Shown one piece after another: positions 7,634-16,827 of a stretch of DNA of 54,187 nucleotides. The position numbers and the translations under genes are program-made. The DNA lies in assembly GCA_964476895.1 (NCBI GenBank), contig CAYZCS010000002.1:1-54187 (forward strand), given 5' to 3'. The notes under the pieces are model-generated. The model was not told where the DNA came from. It was given only the letters and a program-made list of their open reading frames with translations, and made no database searches. The stretch comes from an uncultured Candidatus Saccharibacteria bacterium. GTDB taxonomy: Bacteria; Patescibacteriota; SICC01. The first letter of the stretch is position 1, and the number at the start of each line of letters is the position of its first letter.

Positions 7634-8935
7634 TCATTCCACGGTGAAGACCATATAGATACCGATCCTCTTACCGAACCACTGCTTGTGCTCCGCGACA
7701 GGCGCGAAATCCTGGCGGTATCGGCCTGGCGGAGTCCCCGAGGGAACATAGAACGTTCCCTCGAACGTACCCGTAGACCCGGGCGGTACCGCCTGCTCGC
7801 GCAGCAGCAGCCGGTTGGCATGGCCTCCCCAGCTGGCATCGGCGAACGGGAACGTTCTGTCTTCCCGCGTGCCGAGATTCACCTCGCCACGGCGCCACGT
7901 GGCCCGTCCGGTATTCCGGAGCGTGAACCACACGGTTCCCGAAGTGCCGGGACCGGCTGACGGAGACGCCACCTGGCTGACGTACCGGGCACGGTAGGCG
8001 CCCGACACGCGCAACCGGATCGGGATCCGGAGACCGGACCAGGCCGTGCCCTCGTGGACCGGCGCATAGACGCCGGTGAGGTATGTGCCGTCCGGGGTAT
8101 CGTCCAGTACGTGGAACCGGAGGTCCCAGCGCGCGTACTCGCCGGGATCGAGGTACCCGAGGCAGCCCACCGCAGCCACGCGGTTCGGGTAGCGCCAGGT
8201 GGACCTCGGCCACCAGCCGTTCCGGTGGTCGGCGAATCGGGCCGGGCCGTCACCTCGTACGCCGAGGTTCATCCGGCCGCAGGGCACCCGCCACCCGCCG
8301 GTGTAGCGCGCGGTCACGACCGCGCGCACCGAGCCGCCCGCCGCTACGGATAGCGTCGGCGAGGAATACACCCTGACCTGGCTGAACGTCAGTCCGGCCG
8401 GTACCGGACGGTTCCGGCTGGTGACCCACTGCCAGGATCCCGGCACGCCGGCATCCGCGAACCGTGAGGGAATGCTCACGTCCCGCCGGCTCAGGCGCTC
8501 GAGCTGATAGTGCAGGTGCGGCCCGAAGGAATGGCCGGTCGAGCCGACTCTCCCCAGAAACGCATACCGGCCGACCCGTTGCCCGACCCTGACGGCGATC
8601 GAGGACAGGTGGGCATACCGGGAACAGGTCCCGTCGCCGTAGCACACCAGCACGACGTTGCCCCAACCCCGGCCGAAGGCGTACCCCGCCTCCCGGACAG
8701 TGCCGGCGGCGGCCGAACGGACCGGCGTGCCGGTCGGCATCGCGAAATCCCATGAGTAATGGTCATAGGGAAATCCGTGACCGCCGTATCCGTTCCCCTG
8801 CGTGATGCGATAGGTCTTGCCGTAATCCCACGGCAAGTATGTCGGGGGCTGTGCCTGACTCTCGGCGACGATAAGCGCGAAAGCGACCATCATCACCGTG
8901 AACCAGAACAGCCCGCGGAAGAGCGCTCCGATCAT
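7634..8935 (-). CDS. secreted M23 (LytM) peptidoglycan endopeptidase with two C-terminal Ig-like repeat modules
   Basis: Signal/anchor MIGALFRGLFWFTVMMVAFALIV. M23 motifs HYSWD and GSTGHSFGPHLHY. The C-terminal repeats resemble those in the 25280-28975 protein. Confidence 0.85.
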   Translation of the reverse strand: MIGALFRGLFWFTVMMVAFALIVAESQAQPPTYLPWDYGKTYRITQGNGYGGHGFPYDHYSWDFAMPTGTPVRSAAAGTVREAGYAFGRGWGNVVLVCYGDGTCSRYAHLSSIAVRVGQRVGRYAFLGRVGSTGHSFGPHLHYQLERLSRRDVSIPSRFADAGVPGSWQWVTSRNRPVPAGLTFSQVRVYSSPTLSVAAGGSVRAVVTARYTGGWRVPCGRMNLGVRGDGPARFADHRNGWWPRSTWRYPNRVAAVGCLGYLDPGEYARWDLRFHVLDDTPDGTYLTGVYAPVHEGTAWSGLRIPIRLRVSGAYRARYVSQVASPSAGPGTSGTVWFTLRNTGRATWRRGEVNLGTREDRTFPFADASWGGHANRLLLREQAVPPGSTGTFEGTFYVPSGTPPGRYRQDFAPVAEHKQWFGKRIGIYMVFTVE

Positions 8936-9058
8936 GGCGCGTCCTTTCTGTCTGGATCCGCTGCTTGTTAATGAGCAAGCAACCTTGCCATTCGATCGTA
9001 GCTAATGCTTGACTGCTTTGTCAATCGACGATACGCTTGACCTAAGCAGACAACCATT

Positions 9059-9631
9059 GTGCATATGTTGTGGAACCGCATCAGTCACGTGAACGTCCTT
9101 GCCGCCGCCGCGGCCCTTGCGGCCGTCGCCTTGGCCGGCACCTCCTTGCTTATTCTCGGAGAGAGCGGCAGCCGACCGGCAGCTTCACCCCCTGCGGCTT
9201 CTCCGGGAATCCTGGCATCCGACCAAGACATCGCCCGAGCGATGCCCGGGACAGAAGGAACGCTTACTGGATCAGCGGCGTATCCGGCAGGCTCCGCACC
9301 GCCCGACCTTACGGTCTGCGCCGAAGCGGTGGACCGCCCGTTCACCGCCTGTACGGAAGTTACGGAGGAAGCCGGATCCTTACATGGACTCGGCTACCGA
9401 CTGGCCGTCCCGGCCGGAACGTACCGGGTATACAGCGTTTCGAAAGCCACCGACCCCGAATACCGCGGCTACTATACCGCCGGCGTCCGCTGCGAACGGC
9501 AGTTCGCGGACCGTCCGGGATACGAGGCGTCACAATGCAGCGACCGGTCCATCCTGACCGTCCCCGTCACGGGCGGACAGACCGTCCCGCGGATCGACGC
9601 GATCGATTACTATGGTCCCTTTAACCGCTGA
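9059..9631 (+). CDS. membrane-anchored/secreted hypothetical protein
   Basis: GTG start, N-terminal hydrophobic anchor VLAAAAALAAVALAGTSLLIL, G/C-rich third positions. Confidence 0.55.
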   Translation: MHMLWNRISHVNVLAAAAALAAVALAGTSLLILGESGSRPAASPPAASPGILASDQDIARAMPGTEGTLTGSAAYPAGSAPPDLTVCAEAVDRPFTACTEVTEEAGSLHGLGYRLAVPAGTYRVYSVSKATDPEYRGYYTAGVRCERQFADRPGYEASQCSDRSILTVPVTGGQTVPRIDAIDYYGPFNR

Positions 9632-9632
9632 G

Positions 9633-10922
9633 TCAGGATTCCGGCGTCGGGCTGGGACTCGGACTCGGTGACGCATCCGGGTCCGTGACCTCACGCTGCT
9701 CACCCGGCAGCGGCGCGAACGGGTCGGAACGGCCGGACTCCGCGCGGCGGAGCGGCGCGCCGTACTTGTCGCGCGAGAGGATCTCCTCCCGATCCTGGGG
9801 ATCGAGCTGGAGGCTCGGGGCCGCGTAGCCCGCACCGTCCACCTCGGCTTCGGCCTGCTGGTTGAAGTACCAGAGGGTCCCGTACGTCGAGGATGCGACG
9901 ATCACCGCCATGCCGGTCACCATCAATGACAACAGATGCCTGGCCGCGAAACGACGAAGCGGCAGGCGGTTGTATTGCTTGAAGAAGTAGAGCACCGCAC
10001 CGGGAATGAAGAGCAGGGTCGTCACCAGCCGCCACTGCGTCCGTTCGACGGCCGTGGGGTATTCCCGACGATAACTGTCCCGGAGCATCCGCACCCAGAA
10101 CACCGTGGCGACGGCGAACAGTGCCAGGACGGCGGCCAGGATCGTCATCCGTAGCGGCGACATCGCCGCTACCGCGTCGGTCACCGATCCGAACGAGATC
10201 CCGGAACCGATTCCGATCGCATTGACGGATGGCACCGTGCCGACGAGATACAGCCATCCGGCAGCAGCCAGGAGCAGGACGCCGGCGACCAGGGCCAGCA
10301 GTTCCCGCTGTGCATGGTGGTCGGGAGTCATCGGCATGGTGATGCCGGCCTCGCGGCGCAGCCGCGCGGCCTGGCGCTTCCGGACCGGGCGGAGCGCCCA
10401 GTCGAACGTCCGTCCGAAGATCGCCCCGACGACGCGACGGATGCCGGTGATCCAGTACAGCACCAGCGCTTCCAGGGACCGCCCGAGACGCCCCGGTGCA
10501 CCGAGGATCGCCCCCAGCAGCGAAGCCACTTCACCGACGAATGTCCGGACCGTCCGGCCCGCCATCCCGGCGGCGGCGTCCACGCTCCGACGGATCGCCC
10601 GTACGACGTTCCGCTCCATCCGATGAACCGAACGGATGACCGCGACGGTTCCGCGGAACACGGTCCGTCCCGGCCAGGTGACGCACCGCCACGTCTTGTG
10701 CAGCAGCGTGCCGGTCCATGCCGTGATCCGGCGTACGCCCCGACGGACCGGTGCCGTCAGCGTGACGATCCGGTGTTCGACGGCGTGCACCAGTCCGACG
10801 ATTCCCGCATCGGCCCGGTGGACCAGTGCCAGGATGGCCCGGTCCAGCTTCCGGACACCCCACCGTCCGGCCCGGAGCGGATGTTCGAGCAGCAGTTCGA
10901 GGATGGTGAGGAAGATACGCAT
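9633..10922 (-). CDS. 429-aa Arg-rich / polytopic membrane protein of unknown function, last gene of the pilN-pilO operon
   Basis: Its ATG lies 1 nt after the pilO stop. It has an Arg-rich N-terminal ~200 aa, several TMs, and an SPSPSPSPTP tail. Strong G/C third-position bias. Confidence 0.65.
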   Translation of the reverse strand: MRIFLTILELLLEHPLRAGRWGVRKLDRAILALVHRADAGIVGLVHAVEHRIVTLTAPVRRGVRRITAWTGTLLHKTWRCVTWPGRTVFRGTVAVIRSVHRMERNVVRAIRRSVDAAAGMAGRTVRTFVGEVASLLGAILGAPGRLGRSLEALVLYWITGIRRVVGAIFGRTFDWALRPVRKRQAARLRREAGITMPMTPDHHAQRELLALVAGVLLLAAAGWLYLVGTVPSVNAIGIGSGISFGSVTDAVAAMSPLRMTILAAVLALFAVATVFWVRMLRDSYRREYPTAVERTQWRLVTTLLFIPGAVLYFFKQYNRLPLRRFAARHLLSLMVTGMAVIVASSTYGTLWYFNQQAEAEVDGAGYAAPSLQLDPQDREEILSRDKYGAPLRRAESGRSDPFAPLPGEQREVTDPDASPSPSPSPTPES

Positions 10923-10923
10923 C

Positions 10924-11526
10924 TCAGGTTCCGAAGTAAATGGATTGGGCGGTGATGGTCAGCTGCACGCCGCCGGCTTCATCGGCCTGGTTGATCGTGA
11001 CGCTTGTCACCCGCGTGAAACGGTCCATCGTCTCCAGCCGGTTCAGGAAGTCGAGCGTCGAGGCGTACGCGCCGGTCACGTCAATCTTCACGGGGAAAGT
11101 CGGGAATCCGGCGACCGTCTGGGTCGTCTGTGCGGCCGGGTTCTGCCCGTCCGGACCGGCGCCGGTAGTATCCACGGTCACCAGCCGGGTCCTGGTCAGC
11201 GCGGCCAGCTCCTCCAGTTCGGTCTGATAACCGGCGATGTCCTTGGTCTTCGGGGCATTCTGGATTACCCCGCCATACGCGGCCTGGGCGGCCGGCAGCG
11301 TTTCCTTGAGCTGGCGGAGTTCGTCCGTCTTCTGCTGCAACGTGGCGATCTCGGCCTTGGTCCGGGCGATCTCGTCGGCATGGCTACTGAGCGCCCCGAA
11401 CACCGGGCGCAGCACGAAGAAACCGATCAGTGCCAGGACCACGGCGTTGCCGGCGATCAGGTAATAGTACAGGCGGCCCCGGGGCGGCTTCAGCGAGCCC
11501 AGCGAGATGTTCACGTGCGGGCTCAT
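10924..11526 (-). CDS. pilO: type IV pilus assembly protein PilO-like
   Basis: TM (YYYLIAGNAVVLALIGFFVL), then a coiled coil, then a C-terminal alpha/beta domain. ATGA overlap with the pilN stop at 11523-11526. Confidence 0.7.
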   Translation of the reverse strand: MSPHVNISLGSLKPPRGRLYYYLIAGNAVVLALIGFFVLRPVFGALSSHADEIARTKAEIATLQQKTDELRQLKETLPAAQAAYGGVIQNAPKTKDIAGYQTELEELAALTRTRLVTVDTTGAGPDGQNPAAQTTQTVAGFPTFPVKIDVTGAYASTLDFLNRLETMDRFTRVTSVTINQADEAGGVQLTITAQSIYFGT

Positions 11527-12119
11527 GTGGCCGGTCCCTCCAGCTTCTGATAGTCGACTTCCATGGAAATCGAGTACTGGACGAACTTCTCGCTCAACGT
11601 GGTGGTCTCGATCTCCACGTTCTTCAGGAACGGTGATTCGGACAGTGCCAACTGGAACTGTCCCAGGCTCCGACGGCTGTCGGCGCTGCCGGAGATCCGG
11701 CTGCGGTTCTGCCGATCCGGGACGGCCGTCGCCGCGGACGCGTCCGTGGCGGGCTGGAATTCGAGCGTCTTGATCGAGACCGACGGCGGCGTGAACGAAC
11801 GGAGCGCCGCGATCAGAGACGCCCAACGCGTCGTCTCCTGGTTCGCTTTCTGGAGGTTCGCCAGCTGGAGTTCCAGGTCCTTGGCTTCCTTCTCGATGTC
11901 GAGATACGCCGCCGATTGGCTTTCCGCCTGGGCCCGTTCCTGCTGGAGGTTGGACAGGTTGGTCCGGTACACCTGGTCGAACAGGAGCAGGATGCCGGCC
12001 AGTACCAGGGCGCCGGTCACCAGTACGATACCCGCCGTCAGCGTGTAGTAATTCAGCGCGTCCACACGGCGCTTTTGCTTTTCCTGGTCAGGCAGCAGGT
12101 TGAGGATATGGGTATGCAT
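11523..12119 (-). CDS. pilN: type IV pilus assembly protein PilN-like
   Basis: HILNLLP (INLLP-type N-terminus), a single TM, and a coiled coil. ATG at 12119; a TTG at 12140 is possible. Confidence 0.7.
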   Translation of the reverse strand: MHTHILNLLPDQEKQKRRVDALNYYTLTAGIVLVTGALVLAGILLLFDQVYRTNLSNLQQERAQAESQSAAYLDIEKEAKDLELQLANLQKANQETTRWASLIAALRSFTPPSVSIKTLEFQPATDASAATAVPDRQNRSRISGSADSRRSLGQFQLALSESPFLKNVEIETTTLSEKFVQYSISMEVDYQKLEGPAT

Positions 12120-12220
12120 GGTGGCGTGGGGTCTATTCAAAAATTAGATAACCATACCACAATTACCGTCCGGCGTCAACCACCGTCAGGTCCGCGACGC
12201 TGCGGTACAATGGACGGGAT

Positions 12221-12967
12221 ATGTCTGGACACAGCAAATGGAGCACCATTAAGCGGAAAAAGGGCGCTGCCGACGCCAAGCGCGGGGCGGCCTTCACCAA
12301 ACTGGCACATGCGATCAGCGTGGCAGCCCGGGAGGGCGGCGGCGACCCCGACATGAACATCTCGCTCCGTATGGCGATCGACAAAGCGCGGGCCGCGAAC
12401 ATGCCGAACGCCAACATCGAGCGCTCGATCAAGCGCGGCACCGGCGAATTGGCCGGCGAGACGGTCCCTGAATCCGTGATGTACGAGGCATACGGACCGG
12501 GCGGTGTGGCGGTGTTGGTCGATTGCCTCACCGACAACCGGAACCGTACGGTCTCGGACGTCCGTGCCGCGGTCACCAAGCGGGGCGGCTCGCTCGGCGA
12601 GGCGGGGTCCGTGGGCTACCTGTTCGAGACCAAGGGAATCATCACCGTCCCCAAGGACGGGGTCGACGAAGACGAGCTGACGCTCGCCGCGGCGGACGCT
12701 GGCGCCGACGATGTCTCCGACGCCGGCGCCTCTTTCGAGATTGAAACGGAGCGCGAGCAGCTCGCGAGCGTCCGTGATGCCCTGACGAAGGCGGGCTATC
12801 CGATCAGCACGGCGGAGCTCGCGAAGCTACCGACCAGCGAGATACCGGTCGTCGATCCCAAGACGGCCGAGGCGGTCGTGGCGCTGGTGACCGACTTGGA
12901 ATCGCTCGACGACGTGACCGCCGTCTTCACCAATGCCGACATCGACCCGGAGTCGATCGGTGGCTGA
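12221..12967 (+). CDS. yebC: YebC/PmpR family DNA-binding regulator
   Basis: MSGHSKWSTIKRKKGAADAKRG signature N-terminus; full length. Confidence 0.95.
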   Translation: MSGHSKWSTIKRKKGAADAKRGAAFTKLAHAISVAAREGGGDPDMNISLRMAIDKARAANMPNANIERSIKRGTGELAGETVPESVMYEAYGPGGVAVLVDCLTDNRNRTVSDVRAAVTKRGGSLGEAGSVGYLFETKGIITVPKDGVDEDELTLAAADAGADDVSDAGASFEIETEREQLASVRDALTKAGYPISTAELAKLPTSEIPVVDPKTAEAVVALVTDLESLDDVTAVFTNADIDPESIGG

Positions 12968-13460
12968 CTCGCGGCGGGTAGCGGGGTTCGATCCCGGAAC
13001 CGCCCGGACCGGGTTCGCGGTCGTGGAAAGTGCGGGACGGGAGTTCCGGCTGGTGGAGGCAGGCCTGATCGAGACCCGTCCGGCGGATGCCCCCGAACAC
13101 CGGCTCCGTGAACTTTCGGAAAAGGCCGGAGTCATCCTCGCGGCCCACCACCCTGCCAGCGTGGCCATCGAGGAACTCTTCTTCTCCAAGAACATCACCA
13201 CCGCCATGCGGGTATCCGAAGCGCGCGGCGTCCTGATGGCAGCCGTGGCACAGGGCGGCCTTTCGGTCGCGGAGTATGGCCCGGGCACCATCAAGCAGCA
13301 GCTTACCGGCTACGGCAACGCGGACAAGGCGCAGGTGGCGCACATGGTCTGCCGCCTGGTCGGCCTCAAGGAACCGCCCCGCCCCGACGACATCACCGAC
13401 GCGATCGCCGTCGCGCTATGCCACGCCATGCGGCAGGACACCCGGAACGCTATTCGTTGA
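12960..13460 (+). CDS. ruvC: crossover junction endodeoxyribonuclease RuvC
   Basis: VAGFDPGTARTGFAVV, AIEELFF and DITDAIAVALCH motifs. The GTG at 12960 overlaps the yebC stop. Confidence 0.9.
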   Translation: MADSRRVAGFDPGTARTGFAVVESAGREFRLVEAGLIETRPADAPEHRLRELSEKAGVILAAHHPASVAIEELFFSKNITTAMRVSEARGVLMAAVAQGGLSVAEYGPGTIKQQLTGYGNADKAQVAHMVCRLVGLKEPPRPDDITDAIAVALCHAMRQDTRNAIR

Positions 13461-13836
13461 GCCACTTCAGGGCGGAGGCTTCGTCCTCGAAGGCCTCCAC
13501 GCGATCCTGACGGTTGGCCATCTTCACCATGAAGTGCAGGATCACCCGGAGTGCCGGGTTCAGTCGGACGATCGCCATGCGGTCATAGGTCCGCGTCGCC
13601 ATCAGCCGCCGCCACGCCGCGAGTTCCGGCTCACCGAACGCACCGAGGTCGCCGAGGTCCACCATGATCAGGATCGGATTCCCCTTCTCCTGCAGCCGTT
13701 CCACCAAGGTGTCGCCTTCCTCGCTGAGCGCCTTGATTCCTTCCGCCGTCTGACGGCCGCGGTAATACATGCGGATGATGCCGTCCCGCTCGAGGGTGAC
13801 TTCGTTCTTTCCCGGTTTGTCCTTGGCGTCGCTCAT
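13450..13836 (-). CDS. STAS/SpoIIAA-like small protein
   Basis: 128 aa with an alpha/beta pattern and composition like STAS-type domains. This is recollection, not a motif-level match. Confidence 0.45.
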   Translation of the reverse strand: MSDAKDKPGKNEVTLERDGIIRMYYRGRQTAEGIKALSEEGDTLVERLQEKGNPILIMVDLGDLGAFGEPELAAWRRLMATRTYDRMAIVRLNPALRVILHFMVKMANRQDRVEAFEDEASALKWLNE

Positions 13837-13837
13837 G

Positions 13838-14848
13838 TCATGAATCCTGTCTCAGGGCATGCGCCGCGTTTTCCGGCGATACGGTGACCACGTCGATGCC
13901 GGTGGCAAGTTCCAGGCCACCCGGCGTCGCGAGATGCGGCAGGATGTCTATGTGCCAGCGGAACCCGCGCAGTTCTTTCTCGGGCAGGAGTGCCGGCGCC
14001 GTCCGGATGTATGAATTGTAGGGCGGCAGCCCGGCGATCCGGTCGAGCCGGCGATGCGCCAGGTTCATCACCCGGGCCAGATGTTCCAGCTGGTCCTGGG
14101 TGATCTCGAAGAAGCGGGCACCCGGATGCTTCGGCATGATCCGGATATGGTAGTCCGCATGCGGTGCGAACGGGCAATACACCAGGAAGTGGGAGTTCTC
14201 GTAGATGATCCGCGTGGCATCGTGCGTCTCTTTCTCGAGTTCATCCTCGCTGGCGAGCCGTTTCTCCTCATCGTGACGGCGGCGGGCGTTATCCACCAGC
14301 TCCTGCACGTAGGGCGGCACGACCGGCAGGGCGACGATCTGGCTGTGCGGATGGTCTATCGAGCCCCCGGCCTCCGGGCCGCGGTTGGTAAAGACCTGCA
14401 CGTGTTTCACGTGGTCCCGATGGGAAAGGTGGTTGTACCGCTTGAGGTATAGCTCGAGTACCGCCTGGGCCTGCGCCTCCGAAAACTCCCCGAAGTCCTT
14501 GTCCGAGTCAGGCGAGTGGATCACAATCTCGTGATACCCGTATCCGTCGACGGTCTCGCCGGAAAGCCGGGGGCGACCCGTGCTGCCGACCAGCGGGTAC
14601 CGGTTGATGATCGCCAGCGCTTTCCAATCGCTTTCCACGGCATACTTCGTGCCGTCCGTGTTCGGCACCTTGTCCACGACATCCTCGGGACGGATATTGT
14701 CAGGACGGAACGGATCCAGCCGGTCGTTCTTCACGAACGGTTTCTTCCAGTCGTTCGGACGGTTGGCCCGACCGGCAGCGATCATCACCCAACGGTTGCT
14801 GAGTAAGTCGCGTCGCAGCTCTGAGGGATATTTGCTCATGGATTTCAA
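13838..14848 (-). CDS. galT: galactose-1-phosphate uridylyltransferase-like (HIT superfamily nucleotidyltransferase)
   Basis: GGSIDHPHSQI active-site HxHxQ motif; two half-barrel architecture length (336 aa). Confidence 0.8.
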   Translation of the reverse strand: MKSMSKYPSELRRDLLSNRWVMIAAGRANRPNDWKKPFVKNDRLDPFRPDNIRPEDVVDKVPNTDGTKYAVESDWKALAIINRYPLVGSTGRPRLSGETVDGYGYHEIVIHSPDSDKDFGEFSEAQAQAVLELYLKRYNHLSHRDHVKHVQVFTNRGPEAGGSIDHPHSQIVALPVVPPYVQELVDNARRRHDEEKRLASEDELEKETHDATRIIYENSHFLVYCPFAPHADYHIRIMPKHPGARFFEITQDQLEHLARVMNLAHRRLDRIAGLPPYNSYIRTAPALLPEKELRGFRWHIDILPHLATPGGLELATGIDVVTVSPENAAHALRQDS

Positions 14849-14900
14849 AATCGCTTAACCATAACACAATATCTCTCGGAAGTCAAGGACCGGCGGGCTG

Positions 14901-15737
14901 TTAGGCGTGACGGGCGCCTCTGCGCGAGTCCCTGATCGCGAAGGCTAAATGTACCGGTGCTAGGGCGTAGGAAAGGATGCCCGGATACGAACGTCTTCCA
15001 AACACCGCCCGCAGACGGACGCGTAATTCCCGTGCCGCCGATAGCCGGACCTTTAGCGATCCCGCGCTCTGGTCCAGCAGTGACGTATGCCGGGAATCGA
15101 TTCGGTATAACTTTCCAGGCCTGGACATGATCTCAATCCGCCCCCGGAACGGCAGAGCTGCATGGAAGCACCAATCCTCGGCGTAGTTCAGCGCCGGAAA
15201 CCCGCGGACCCTTTTCGCCGCCTCAGTTCGGATCAACGCGCAGCCTGCCAAAGGAAACAAGTTGCGGGCAGCGTTCCATGCCGCGAACAAACGGGGACGC
15301 CGCTGTAAGCGCAGCGCATAAGCATATGGCCAACGCGACCGGCGACGGTGGCCGCTTCGCGGATTCCAGTTGACCATCCAGCTCGATACCGCGACCAGCT
15401 CGGGACTACGATCCAATTTCCGCCTCAACCGGCCCAATGCACCCGGCAACATGACGTCGTCCCCATCCATGAACAGGACATAGGGCGTCTTCGTCTTGCG
15501 CAGGCCCGCGTTCCGGGCTTCTCCGATCGTCATGCGGAACGGTGTCCGTACGACAGTGGTCCCAGAAAACGAAGGAAGGGGGTCGTCCGACGCATTGTCC
15601 ACGATAATGATCCGACTGGACTCGTCCTGGGCGCGAATACTGGCAACGGCCTCCCGAAGCGTACTGCCCAGGTTCCAGGCGGGTATCACGACGGTTACGT
15701 CCGCCCGCTTATCCGTTCGCGATCTTCCTGTAGACAT
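14901..15737 (-). CDS. family 2 glycosyltransferase
   Basis: VTVVIPAWN, IIIVDNASDD and FMDGDD (DxD) motifs. Confidence 0.85.
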   Translation of the reverse strand: MSTGRSRTDKRADVTVVIPAWNLGSTLREAVASIRAQDESSRIIIVDNASDDPLPSFSGTTVVRTPFRMTIGEARNAGLRKTKTPYVLFMDGDDVMLPGALGRLRRKLDRSPELVAVSSWMVNWNPRSGHRRRSRWPYAYALRLQRRPRLFAAWNAARNLFPLAGCALIRTEAAKRVRGFPALNYAEDWCFHAALPFRGRIEIMSRPGKLYRIDSRHTSLLDQSAGSLKVRLSAARELRVRLRAVFGRRSYPGILSYALAPVHLAFAIRDSRRGARHA

Positions 15738-16827
15738 CCTCGTATCCCTCGATCATCCGCTCTAGCGAGAACCTTTCCCGTACACGCCGATAACTCCGCT
15801 TCCGCATCTCCCGATACTCGACGTCCGGCAGGGCATAGATCCGCCGCACCGCCTCGAGGATACCCGCAAGACCAGCCTCCTTAACCTGCCAGTCGCCGCG
15901 GATGTCGTCCGTGGACGGATTCACCAGGAAGCCGGTCTTTCCGTCCTCGACGATCTCAGGGGCCGCGCCGCGGGCGAACGTGATGACGGGCGTTCCCGCC
16001 GCCATGCTTTCGATGAACGTCAGACCGAACGGCTCCTCCCACTGGATCGGCAGCAGGGCAGCCCGTGCATCCGCGTACTGGCCGGCCCACTGTTCACTGC
16101 CATGATTTAGTGGGCCGAGGAACCGGACCCCGTCCGACAGATGTGGCGTGATTTCCGAATCGATGAATCCCTTCCGGCCTACGCCGGAAATCCGAAGCGG
16201 TTTGCCAGCCGTGCGGACAACCTTAATCGCCTCGGCAACGCCCTTCTCTCTCACGAGCCGGCCGACGAAAACCAAATCTTCCGATCCTTTGCCGGGTTCG
16301 TTCGGGAAAAGGTCGAAACGGGTACCATTGTAAACGGTGGACACAAAGTTGAGATGAGGAAACGTGGTCCGCTGGTAACCGGAGATACTGACCAGCGGTT
16401 GCTCCCTAAAATATTCGAATATGCGTCGCTGCTGGCGTCGGAGGACGTTATGAACCGTCACGACCGTGGGTGTGTCGCTGAGCGCGGCCAAGGGCATCCC
16501 AAGGTATGCCGGCTCGGTATGGAGATGGATGACGTCGAATCCGTCGGCCCGCTTATACAGCTCGGTCAGATACAGCGTCTTCTCACCCATGCCGTCCTTC
16601 GAGTCCCACTCCTGACGAGACAGCCCGAAATCCAGATCACTCGGCGCGAGCCCAAGGTCCTCAATACGAGCCTTGGATTTCGATCCCTGCGGCGCGAACA
16701 ACGTGACCTCGTGTCCGCGACCGGTCAAACCGTCCGCCAACTCACCGGTCAGAGCCGCACTTGCGGCCACTACCTCCGGTTTCGGGGGGACTGTGGTGCG
16801 GTTGCTGGCAAAGAGCGCGATCCTCAT
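15709..16827 (-). CDS. family 4 (GT-B) glycosyltransferase
   Basis: MRIALFAS N-terminus and the C-terminal EEPFGLTFIESMAAGTPVI motif. Confidence 0.85.
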   Translation of the reverse strand: MRIALFASNRTTVPPKPEVVAASAALTGELADGLTGRGHEVTLFAPQGSKSKARIEDLGLAPSDLDFGLSRQEWDSKDGMGEKTLYLTELYKRADGFDVIHLHTEPAYLGMPLAALSDTPTVVTVHNVLRRQQRRIFEYFREQPLVSISGYQRTTFPHLNFVSTVYNGTRFDLFPNEPGKGSEDLVFVGRLVREKGVAEAIKVVRTAGKPLRISGVGRKGFIDSEITPHLSDGVRFLGPLNHGSEQWAGQYADARAALLPIQWEEPFGLTFIESMAAGTPVITFARGAAPEIVEDGKTGFLVNPSTDDIRGDWQVKEAGLAGILEAVRRIYALPDVEYREMRKRSYRRVRERFSLERMIEGYEDVYRKIANG

